A stretch of DNA of 64,000 nt from an uncultured Candidatus Saccharibacteria bacterium. GTDB taxonomy: Bacteria; Patescibacteriota; Minisyncoccia; Phycocordibacterales; UBA9973. The stretch covers positions 105,408-169,407 of the forward strand of contig CAYOLW010000001.1 in assembly GCA_964404925.1 (NCBI GenBank), in the 5' to 3' direction. The notes beneath the pieces are model-generated. The model had not been told where the DNA came from, ran no database searches, and saw only the letters and a list, made by a program, of their open reading frames with translations. Positions 44,503 to 52,843 of this stretch are shown piece by piece (within the stretch, counting starts at the first letter, position 1; every line of letters begins with the position of its first letter). Both the position numbers and the translations under genes were made by a program.

Positions 44503-45492
44503 ATGAATCCAGCAGAAGTTTTAAAAAAATATCCAAATTTTGAAAAAGATTTTTCTATCCACGAATTCGGTGTGGGTGCGACGAACACAACCTATCGAGT
44601 AGACAGAGGAGGTGAATTATTTATTTTACAAAAAATGCATGCTGTGTTTAGCAGAGAATTAATAGAGGACATAGATACTGTCACCAAGCATTTAGCAGGG
44701 CAGGGTATTTTAACAGGGCAGGTGATCCGGACCCTAGACGGAAGGCTGTTCGTAGAAGACGCAGATTCTTGGTGGAGAATGTTTACTTATGTAACAGGGA
44801 ATATTTTTACTGCAATTGAAGGTGAACAAATGGCAGAGAGTGCGGGCAGACTGATTGGTACTTGGCATCAGGCTTTAGCTAATCTGGAATATGATTTCAA
44901 ATTTCAAATTCCTGATTTTCATAATGTTGAATTAACTCTTGAAAAGCTTGCAGAAATACTTATAGAGTGTGTGCACGATGCTAAATATGAATCATTAAAA
45001 CCCTTGGCTTTGAATGTACTAAAAGACTATAAATCCTTACCGAAAATTGATAACCTACCGATCCGTATTATTCACGGAGACTTGAAAATTAGTAATGTTG
45101 TTTTTGATGAAAATGGTGAAGCTGTTTCAATCATCGACCTTGATACATTTATGCATTCGACTATTGCCATCGAGATGGGGGATGCGCTACGCAGCTGGTG
45201 CATGCCGGGTGGGGAGGATACCGACTATGTCAGGTTTGACCGGGGGATATATGACGCAGCGCTTAAAGGGTATTTTGAAACAGCAGAATTCTTAACAGAA
45301 GAAGAAAAAGCATCTATACCTTATGGAGTAAAATTAATTACACTTGAGTTAACAGCGAGATTCATCATTGATGCTTTCACCGAAAGTTATTTCAAATTGA
45401 ATAGCAGCTACCCGAGCCTGTACGAGCAAAACAAAAAACGCGCAGAGAATCAATACGCGTTTTTCCAATCTTTTAGCGAAGCAGAAATGTAG
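44503..45492 (+). CDS. Phosphotransferase of the APH/choline-kinase-like kinase fold
   Basis: The HGDLKISNVVFD catalytic loop and the IIDLD motif are present. Confidence 0.65.
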   Translation: MNPAEVLKKYPNFEKDFSIHEFGVGATNTTYRVDRGGELFILQKMHAVFSRELIEDIDTVTKHLAGQGILTGQVIRTLDGRLFVEDADSWWRMFTYVTGNIFTAIEGEQMAESAGRLIGTWHQALANLEYDFKFQIPDFHNVELTLEKLAEILIECVHDAKYESLKPLALNVLKDYKSLPKIDNLPIRIIHGDLKISNVVFDENGEAVSIIDLDTFMHSTIAIEMGDALRSWCMPGGEDTDYVRFDRGIYDAALKGYFETAEFLTEEEKASIPYGVKLITLELTARFIIDAFTESYFKLNSSYPSLYEQNKKRAENQYAFFQSFSEAEM

Positions 45493-45583
45493 CTTTTCTC
45501 CAGTACGGAATTTTTGAAGCTTAAAAATTCCTGAAGTTGGCTCGCCGTCGCTCGCCAAACCCCTCCGAAAAGCTACATTTCTG
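45482..45583. repeat. Complex palindromic region between convergent genes. It comprises a 17-bp perfect inverted repeat (cagaaatgtagcttttc / gaaaagctacatttctg) spanning both stop codons, an inner 25-bp palindrome (ggaatttttgaagcttaaaaattcc) and a gctcgcc direct repeat.
   Basis: All three elements can be seen directly in the sequence. The region probably acts as a bidirectional terminator. Confidence 0.55.
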
Positions 45584-46342
45584 CTAGCTCATTTCCTGAA
45601 TAATTTGATCCATCATGAGTGCTGCCGGGAGGCGAGCGACATCAAGCGGTACAAAGTAATCTCCTTCAACCTTGCTTGCGTCCGCTGATACGGATATACC
45701 TGCAGCATCAATCATTTCTTTATCATTTAGATTGTCTCCAATAGCCAGCACTTCACCCTCGGCCAAGCCCAGGTAGTTCCTGTATGCAGAGAGGCCCACT
45801 GCTTTGTTCTGAATTCCTTTGACCCCGATGTCATATGCTTCGCCGTTCCAGATGGCATACAGGCGGTCATTCTCGGCGACGATGTTTTCAATCTCTGGGA
45901 CTCTATCTGTACAATGGATGGTGATTATTAATTCTTTGGGTTCAAAGCCTTTCACGTTTTCGTGTCTGGACTCGATGCCGCGTAATTTCAAAAAAGTTTC
46001 TTGCAAATGGTCAAAGCTGTTCACGTGCTGGATTATTTCTCCGCGGTGCCAGGTGGCGCTGCCGTTCTCGTATGTGAGACTGGTAAAGGGAAGTATGTCT
46101 CGGAAAACTTCTTGCAGCATATACAACCCGCGTCCAGAATTGATATTGATCATGAACCCTAGTTCTTTTAATTTCTTGATCTGCTCAATCTGCTCGGGGG
46201 CGATGTGTTTCGTCTCGAGTGTTGTAATGTTATTTGATTGTTTTATATTCGTTCCACGGGGGACCAATACTCCATCTACATCGAAAACTATTAGTTTAAT
46301 ATTTTTCAAAACATCCTTCGTTAGTTCCTCAATTGGTTTCAT
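45584..46342 (-). CDS. HAD-IIB (Cof-like) hydrolase
   Basis: LIVFDVDGVL (motif I) and GDNLNDKEM (motif IV) are present. Confidence 0.7.
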   Translation of the reverse strand: MKPIEELTKDVLKNIKLIVFDVDGVLVPRGTNIKQSNNITTLETKHIAPEQIEQIKKLKELGFMININSGRGLYMLQEVFRDILPFTSLTYENGSATWHRGEIIQHVNSFDHLQETFLKLRGIESRHENVKGFEPKELIITIHCTDRVPEIENIVAENDRLYAIWNGEAYDIGVKGIQNKAVGLSAYRNYLGLAEGEVLAIGDNLNDKEMIDAAGISVSADASKVEGDYFVPLDVARLPAALMMDQIIQEMS

Positions 46343-46376
46343 GAGTTAATTCTAAGCTTTTTATTCCTAGCGTCAA

Positions 46377-47570
46377 ATGGGAAAATTATGTTATTATAAC
46401 AATATGCAAAAGGAAACTGTTCCATTTGTGAATAAAAATAATCTAGTTTGGTGTCGAGAAAAATCTGGTTTAACTATTAATCAGGTCTATGAAAAAGCTA
46501 AGTGGTCATCAAAAACTCATAAAATTGAAAAATGGGAAGCCGGTTCAGATTTTCCTACCATAGATGACTTAAAAAAGCTTGGTAAAATTTACAAAAAGGC
46601 TTGGACACTTTTTGTTTTTGAGCAAGATTTGAAAAATTTAGATTTCATGGTAATGAAAGATTTTCGTGGCTGTATCTCAGATTCTAAAGGGGAAGAAAAG
46701 AGTGAAATAATTCAGTTTCTAAATGAAATAGAACGTCGACAACTATTTGTCATTGAATTCTCTAATGCCCTTGAAATTATCGGTAATAAAAGTTTTGGTT
46801 CGTTGACTGAAGTAAAGGATGTTAATGTCGTTGCGAATAAAATAATCCAAAATCTTAATCTTAATATGGAAGAATTTCGCAGAAAGAAAACAAGATTAGA
46901 AGCCTTAAATTTCTTGCAAGAAGAATTGGGGCGAAATAATATATTTGTTTCTTTTTCTAGCACCAATCCACATAAAAAAATAAGTCTTGAACATATGCGT
47001 GGGGTTTTAATGAGGTCTTTTCTGGCACCAATTATTGGTATTAATTCTGCAGAAAAGTCGGTGGGCGCTAAGATTTTTACTATTTTTCATGAGCTTGCAC
47101 ACCTGTACACAGAAAAGGTTGATCATGATGTTTTAATTGACACTATTAATTTTCGAGATTTAGGTAAGCGTAATACAAAAGAGGGCTTGTGTGATCAGAT
47201 AGCTGCAGAAATATTAGTACCCCGTAATATTCTTGTTGAATTAAAAGGCACTTCATTCAATCCAGAGATTGTTAAGAAATATTGTATTTATTTGAAAGTT
47301 AATCGTGAGCCTTTTTTAATACGTGCAAAAGAACATGGTTTAATTAGTGAACAAGAATTTAACTCATTAAAAAATATTTCGGTTGAAGAACAAATTAAAA
47401 AAAATAAAAAAGGTAATCCGGATGGCGGTTTATTGCATATTTTGAAAAATGGCAAGTCTTTTATGCGGCTTGTTAATTCTCTTTACTCAACAGGCCTAAT
47501 ATCATATTCACAAGCACTAGGTGCTTTAAATACAAAATCCAATGCTTTTAATAAATATGTAATTAGATAG
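46377..47570 (+). CDS. XRE-family HTH domain fused to an ImmA/IrrE-family (COG2856, DUF955) zinc metallopeptidase
   Basis: The N-terminal HTH reads LVWCREKSGLTINQVYEKA. HELAHL (HExxH) lies in the C-terminal domain. Confidence 0.7.
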   Translation: MGKLCYYNNMQKETVPFVNKNNLVWCREKSGLTINQVYEKAKWSSKTHKIEKWEAGSDFPTIDDLKKLGKIYKKAWTLFVFEQDLKNLDFMVMKDFRGCISDSKGEEKSEIIQFLNEIERRQLFVIEFSNALEIIGNKSFGSLTEVKDVNVVANKIIQNLNLNMEEFRRKKTRLEALNFLQEELGRNNIFVSFSSTNPHKKISLEHMRGVLMRSFLAPIIGINSAEKSVGAKIFTIFHELAHLYTEKVDHDVLIDTINFRDLGKRNTKEGLCDQIAAEILVPRNILVELKGTSFNPEIVKKYCIYLKVNREPFLIRAKEHGLISEQEFNSLKNISVEEQIKKNKKGNPDGGLLHILKNGKSFMRLVNSLYSTGLISYSQALGALNTKSNAFNKYVIR

Positions 47571-47574
47571 ATTT

Positions 47575-48063
47575 ATGGAAGTAAACAAATCAGCACTATA
47601 TGTTTTCGATAGTAACTGTTTTATTGAGCCTTGGAATAAGTTTTATTCTTACGAATTTTTTGAGCAATACTGGGATAAGTTTTTAAAAAAAAGTTTAAGC
47701 GATTGCACAGTCTTAATTCAAGAAGAAGTTTATAATGATATTCTAAAAAAAGATGATGGTCTTAATCGTTGGTTGAAAGGTTTTAAGATAGAAATTGTTA
47801 AAACTGATATAAGTATAACTCGAGAAGTTGCGGCTATAAATAATAAATTCCCAAAGTTGACAAAAGAATATAGTGGTAGATCTTTTTCAGATCCTTTTGT
47901 AATAGCACTAGCTAGGTTTCGTAAGGCAACAGTTGTAACCATGGAAGATTTCGGTAGTGAAAATAAACCAAAAATACCATTTGTATGTGACCAAATGGGT
48001 GTTAAATGTATTGATTTATTTAAGTACTTAAAGATTGAAGGCGTATCTTTTTCAATCAAATAA
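47575..48063 (+). CDS. DUF4411-like PIN-like nuclease-fold protein, partner of the ImmA/IrrE gene
   Basis: YVFDSNCFIE, SDPFVIALA and VVTMED fit the PIN-like acidic-residue pattern. It lies 4 nt downstream of the ImmA-HTH gene. Confidence 0.6.
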   Translation: MEVNKSALYVFDSNCFIEPWNKFYSYEFFEQYWDKFLKKSLSDCTVLIQEEVYNDILKKDDGLNRWLKGFKIEIVKTDISITREVAAINNKFPKLTKEYSGRSFSDPFVIALARFRKATVVTMEDFGSENKPKIPFVCDQMGVKCIDLFKYLKIEGVSFSIK

Positions 48064-48239
48064 TTTTTTGTTGTGGACTTAGTAGCGAAAAGTGCGAACC
48101 AAATGAGAGCCTTTATAAATCAATGGTCAGAGTTCTTTAAACATAACAAACCAAACTTTCAAACAACCTAAAACCTTTATTTTAAAACATTTTATTGCTT
48201 ATTAGATATCACAATAAGAGTATTGAATACTATCTATTA

Positions 48240-49517
48240 CTACAGGTTCTTAAAATAAAAGTCTGGCAGAACAACTTTTAATTCTTCGTTAGCTGCACGA
48301 TAGCGATCTGGCGAGTGCGGAGTTGATGGATATTTATCAACGTCTTGAGGATTAGGTCTTTCTATTAGTTTTATGTCAAAAGTATTAAGTATTTCCTTGT
48401 CTTCACCGACAACTAACCTGTTTGTATATTGTAAGTAGGAATTGTTTGTTATTAATATAAGTCTAGCTATTTCATTTCCAGCACTAATAGCTTTTACCTT
48501 AACAAACTGTTTAAAGTAAGAGTAATTATCTTGGACATTAATGTATTTTGATGCTGTAACAGCAATACATATAAGTCTATTAGGTTTATATCCCAGCCTT
48601 GATAGTTCAATGTAATCAAGATTGGCTTGTCTTAATATGAGCTTTATTTTTCTCATAGTCATTTCGGGATATCTTATGTGTATGTACTCTAAAAACTCAG
48701 TAAGTTTTTTATCTTCACCTATAGTGTCAGTTGGATCAGCTTCAAATACATCAGCTACAAAATCTTGTAAATTACTCTCACTTTTTTTATTAAAAAACTC
48801 AATATAATCAAAACATTTTAAGTATGTTTCAATGTTGTCTTCATAACTTTTATTTGATACAGCAACAATAACGGTAACTTGTTTTTGTAAGGTATTTTTA
48901 GTTAAAAACTGTCTAAATGTTTCTAAAAAGAAAAGTCCATCTGGTCCTGATCTATCTATGTCTTCAATAACAAAAACTATCTTATCTTTATCCACTGCAT
49001 TAATAAGTGAGGTAAAAATATCTTGTATTTCAAACACTCGTCTTGCTGGAGACTTATCAGCAAAGTATTCAAGATTTTTTACAAGTCCAAATAGTGGTTC
49101 AAGTAACTTAGGTAACCCAAAAGCAGTAGTTGCAACATTCAAGATAGAACCAGCGGTATTTATTCCTAGTTTCTTGTCTTTACCAGATTGCCCATCAACT
49201 TCTCGTTTAACTTTTTCAAGCATACTTAGTTGTCTAGCTGTTTCAAGGATTAGCCCGTCCCATAATTCTTTGCGCTCTGGAAATTGCCAAGCATCAAAAT
49301 GGACCCACTGCTCAGTTGTTTCTTTTTGTTTTCTAATCTGTTCAATCAAGGTACTCTTTCCAACACCAAAAGGTCCGATAATTCCTATTATTTGAGAACC
49401 TTTCTTTGATTGCAACTTCTCAGTTAGCGTACTTACCGAAGAAGAGATATTAAGATAGTCTTTATCAGAAACTTTTTCTTCTAGTAAATCAACATTTTTT
49501 ATAAAACCATTTTTCAT
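48240..49517 (-). CDS. KAP-family P-loop NTPase
   Basis: IGIIGPFGVGKSTL (Walker A) and IVFVIEDIDRSGPD (the KAP-type DDLDR Walker B) are present. It lies 15 nt downstream of the Abi-alpha::Nudix gene. Confidence 0.7.
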   Translation of the reverse strand: MKNGFIKNVDLLEEKVSDKDYLNISSSVSTLTEKLQSKKGSQIIGIIGPFGVGKSTLIEQIRKQKETTEQWVHFDAWQFPERKELWDGLILETARQLSMLEKVKREVDGQSGKDKKLGINTAGSILNVATTAFGLPKLLEPLFGLVKNLEYFADKSPARRVFEIQDIFTSLINAVDKDKIVFVIEDIDRSGPDGLFFLETFRQFLTKNTLQKQVTVIVAVSNKSYEDNIETYLKCFDYIEFFNKKSESNLQDFVADVFEADPTDTIGEDKKLTEFLEYIHIRYPEMTMRKIKLILRQANLDYIELSRLGYKPNRLICIAVTASKYINVQDNYSYFKQFVKVKAISAGNEIARLILITNNSYLQYTNRLVVGEDKEILNTFDIKLIERPNPQDVDKYPSTPHSPDRYRAANEELKVVLPDFYFKNL

Positions 49518-49532
49518 AACGCCTAAATCTTA

Positions 49533-50933
49533 TTAATTAGATTTAATTATTAAAGTATTTTTTACTTCTTTAAAAATAGCCAACATATCATCACTTAAAA
49601 TTAAATTTATGAACTTCTTTTTGTCTTCTTCAGATAAGTTTGGTAAATCGTCAATTTTCCAAGCTTCAAAACCTTCTGCTTTACCTTCTTCAACTTTTAG
49701 ATCTGAGATAGGACCTTCATAAAGATAGGCATACTGGCTACGGATTGTGTTATTAGTAAGTTTAGTTACCTCATCAAAACTTTCCTTTCTCATTTTTCTT
49801 AGAAAAGTTAGCTTTGAAAGATCAATATCAATACCTGTTTCTTCTTTGCATTCTTTTACAGCGGTTTCTTCATATGACATTTTGGGTTCAACGTGTCCTC
49901 CAACAGTAGCGTCTAATTTATCAGGATAGGTATCTTTGTTTTTTGCTCTATGTTGAAAAATAATCTCTCCTTGAGGCGTAATAAACCAGATATGTATTTC
50001 CCGATGGAGAAGTCCGTCTTTGTGTATTTTTGAACGAGTTTGAAGACCCACTACTTTATCATCCTCATCAATTACCTCAAGGATTTCTTGGTATTTATAA
50101 TTTGATATTGAGTAGTGTTCTTTTAACCACTCAGTATACCCATCAACCTTTTTTGTTTTCAGATGTTGCAATATTTCTTTACCAGCAACAGAAATTGCAT
50201 AAAAAGTAGGTATTCTTAAATCTGCATTATTTTCTATGATTGGTTCAAAAACAATTTGCTCATCAAAGTAATCAATTATATACGGTAAGCCATCAGGGTT
50301 AGATATATTTCTAGTCATATCGTTTGGTAAAAATAAGCCTAAACTTTGCAGTGCTTGGAGACTACCAAAATGTAAACCTAATCCAGACATCATTTCTTTA
50401 ACATTTTCACTGCCACTGAATAAATCTTTTGGAAGTTGCTCATTATTTAACAATAGCCCAGATATTTTTTCAAAAAGCTCTAGTTCTTTTTTACCTATGG
50501 ATTTTAATGTTTGCAAAGTGCTCATTGAATAAGTTTCAGGATTGTTGTATTCTCCAGCGATTATTTTTGCAATCAAATCTTGAACCTCTTCATTTGAAAC
50601 TTCTTTTGCGTGTTCAAGAAGTCCCCAGAAGACGTCATTGTCATCTTTTATATTATTTTCAGAACTCGTAATCAAGTCTTTGGTTTTAAGTAAAGCATTA
50701 CCCAAGTTGGCATATTGGCGACCCATTTTTTGAGCTTCCGCTTGTAACCAAAAAGGTTTTTCTAAAAGTTCCCATTTTGTTTTAACCTTGTCAGCTTCAA
50801 TATCTCCCTCAGCTTCAAAAACTTTTATGGATTTACCTGTATACTTTGTAATTACAAAATCAACAAACTTATCAGCCACCTTTGTTAAGGTCGCTTTTCC
50901 TAGATCTTTTAATGGTTGAGGTAAATCGCTCAT
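49533..50933 (-). CDS. Fusion protein: an N-terminal Abi-alpha-like (DUF4393-like) domain and a C-terminal Nudix hydrolase domain
   Basis: The N-terminal region has ...DVFWGLLEHAKEVSNEEVQDLIAKIIAGEYNNPETYSMSTLQTLKSIGKKELELFEKISGL, which resembles Abi-alpha. The C-terminus has the Nudix box GGHVEPKMSYEETAVKECKEETGI. The start is the ATG at 50933, preceded by an extended -10 TGTTAGAAT. Confidence 0.6.
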   Translation of the reverse strand: MSDLPQPLKDLGKATLTKVADKFVDFVITKYTGKSIKVFEAEGDIEADKVKTKWELLEKPFWLQAEAQKMGRQYANLGNALLKTKDLITSSENNIKDDNDVFWGLLEHAKEVSNEEVQDLIAKIIAGEYNNPETYSMSTLQTLKSIGKKELELFEKISGLLLNNEQLPKDLFSGSENVKEMMSGLGLHFGSLQALQSLGLFLPNDMTRNISNPDGLPYIIDYFDEQIVFEPIIENNADLRIPTFYAISVAGKEILQHLKTKKVDGYTEWLKEHYSISNYKYQEILEVIDEDDKVVGLQTRSKIHKDGLLHREIHIWFITPQGEIIFQHRAKNKDTYPDKLDATVGGHVEPKMSYEETAVKECKEETGIDIDLSKLTFLRKMRKESFDEVTKLTNNTIRSQYAYLYEGPISDLKVEEGKAEGFEAWKIDDLPNLSEEDKKKFINLILSDDMLAIFKEVKNTLIIKSN

Positions 50934-50998
50934 AATTGCTATTCTAACATTTTTAAGATTAAAAAATAAGTCTAAAAATGGTATAATTAGGTGTATAA

Positions 50999-51370
50999 AT
51001 GGTGGAAAAAACATATAACTTTAATAATCTTAAAATCCGATCAAAAGCTATTGCAAAAGCTCGTATTTCAACTCGTCCAAAGACATATAACTCTAAGAAA
51101 AAACGCTTGGAAGACATACAAAGAGAACTGATAAAATCAGAACTTATAAAAGAAGGATTTTTAGACCAATTAAAGCCACATATGCCAAAAATAACAGAGG
51201 CTGTTATTCAGAGTGCTTGTGATCCAAGCTCTAAGGGTACAAGTGACAGGAGAATTATATTTCAAGCGGTTGGTATTTTAGGAAAAGATACTCAAGTAGA
51301 GCCAAGCCAGACAATAGCGGATGTGTTAGCTGAGATTTTTAGTGAAGAAGTAGTAAACAGTAAAAGCTAG
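50999..51370 (+). CDS. Hypothetical protein (island cargo)
   Basis: An ORF with ATG, transcribed divergently from the Nudix gene and preceded by TGGTATAAT. No family recognised. Confidence 0.4.
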   Translation: MVEKTYNFNNLKIRSKAIAKARISTRPKTYNSKKKRLEDIQRELIKSELIKEGFLDQLKPHMPKITEAVIQSACDPSSKGTSDRRIIFQAVGILGKDTQVEPSQTIADVLAEIFSEEVVNSKS

Positions 51371-51418
51371 GAAAATCTAGGGAATTATAAATATATCCCT
51401 TGATATGCTATAGGTAGT

Positions 51419-51634
51419 CTATGTTTTTTCTTTATTAGAAGTTATTTTGTAATAATTTGGAAATAGAACTTTAACTTTGTCTTTTTTAGTGGCTAATTTA
51501 GCCAAAAATGGCTTCATAACGAGCTTTGGACGCTCAGATATAGATTTGTTCCATAACCACTTTTTATAGCTATTTATGACTATTTTACTTAAGAAACTAG
51601 TCATACGACTATTTCTTAGATCTAAGCTTTTCAA
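51419..51634 (-). CDS. Hypothetical small basic protein
   Basis: The ORF overlaps the upstream membrane-protein ORF by 26 nt in another frame. It could be real or a frameshift remnant. Confidence 0.25.
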   Translation of the reverse strand: MKSLDLRNSRMTSFLSKIVINSYKKWLWNKSISERPKLVMKPFLAKLATKKDKVKVLFPNYYKITSNKEKT

Positions 51635-52007
51635 CTTTATAAGCTTTATATAAGAAAAATACGGTAAGCCCAGTAAAAAAGATTATAAAGTAAAGGATAT
51701 CTGGACTACTTGAAAAGTCACCATTTATATCTCTTCTACTTTCAACATATCTAGCTAAAATAATAAAACCTAAAATAATAGAATATATTTTTGTTGTGAT
51801 AACCAAACCAACACTAGCTTTCTTGATAAGTAGGTAAGAAAATATAAATCCTAAAATAGTAAAGACTAAAGGTGCAGCTAAGGATAAGAGTATTAAAAAA
51901 ATAGCTGCAACACCTCTGTTTGTTTTGTGCCATTTAAGACTTTTGTATTGTTCTACTTGCTTTATAAAAGAACTTTCTTTTTGCTTGATTTCTTCAGTTG
52001 TGATCAT
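51609..52007 (-). CDS. Hypothetical membrane protein
   Basis: A 132-aa protein with 3-4 predicted TM helices. Confidence 0.4.
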   Translation of the reverse strand: MITTEEIKQKESSFIKQVEQYKSLKWHKTNRGVAAIFLILLSLAAPLVFTILGFIFSYLLIKKASVGLVITTKIYSIILGFIILARYVESRRDINGDFSSSPDILYFIIFFTGLTVFFLYKAYKVEKLRSKK

Positions 52008-52671
52008 ATTTTTTGTATAAAAAATAGGCTAATAATTTAGCCTATAAACAAATATAGGCAACCCAGTGGGTGCTCACAAAACCAATAGACAAGCTACTGA
52101 TTATGCTTCCCACATAGGTCGCCTATGCTTGGCACAATCAGTAACTAACCCTTTTTAAGGGTTCGCTTGATGTCTTTTTATTGGTTTTGTGAGCAAGTTA
52201 ATGATAACATAATTTGATTTTATTTTTAAGTTATAAATGTTATAATGTACCTAACTAGAGATTTTCTAGTTAGGTCTGACACAACCTTAAGCTCAAAAAA
52301 GACACTTTTTAATTTTTACAATAGTCTTGAGAGTAATAATGTGATTAAGCTAGTTTTGAAACATAAAAATGTACCCACTAGTTAAAAGAAAGCTAGCCGA
52401 GTTGTATGCTTTATTTATGTTAGAAAATGCACAAAGTAGCTTAGTGTGAAGTTGCAACTTATCACCTCGTGATATTTCCAATCAAGTACACAGAGTAAAT
52501 AAATAAATCCTCCTGCCTCTTACAGGAAATCCTTGAAGATAGTATCTCCAAGCCGATTAAGGGTTTATTTGCCACTCTGTCTAGCTGATTAGACGTATCG
52601 CAAAGACACAGCCTTTATGGGCTGTTTTTTTGTTTTATTAGGTGTCACACAAACCCACTATGCCAAACTAA

Positions 52672-52830
52672 AATGACATTAGAGGAGTTTAAAAAACATT
52701 TTAAAAACAAAAATGTAAATGATGAGCGTATAAAAGAAATACGCGATTATTTGTATGCAATTTCAAGAGAAATTGTCTTAAACAATTTAAACGAATACGA
52801 AAAACAGATAAAAGAAAAAGGTGTAAAGTA
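52672..52830 (+). CDS. Small ORF (52 aa) immediately upstream of the recombinase. It could be a recombination directionality factor or Xis-like helper, or a spurious ORF.
   Basis: It runs from an ATG at 52672 to a TAG at 52828-52830 (MTLEEFKKHFKNKNVNDERIKEIRDYLYAISREIVLNNLNEYEKQIKEKGVK). The assignment rests on position only. Confidence 0.25.
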
Positions 52831-52843
52831 GTATAATGAATAT

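Noticed and set aside
51419-52007. The two overlapping minus-strand ORFs (132 aa membrane and 71 aa basic) could be one frameshifted gene.
   Set aside because: I could not decide from the sequence alone. Both were kept as separate low-confidence ORFs and not called a pseudogene.
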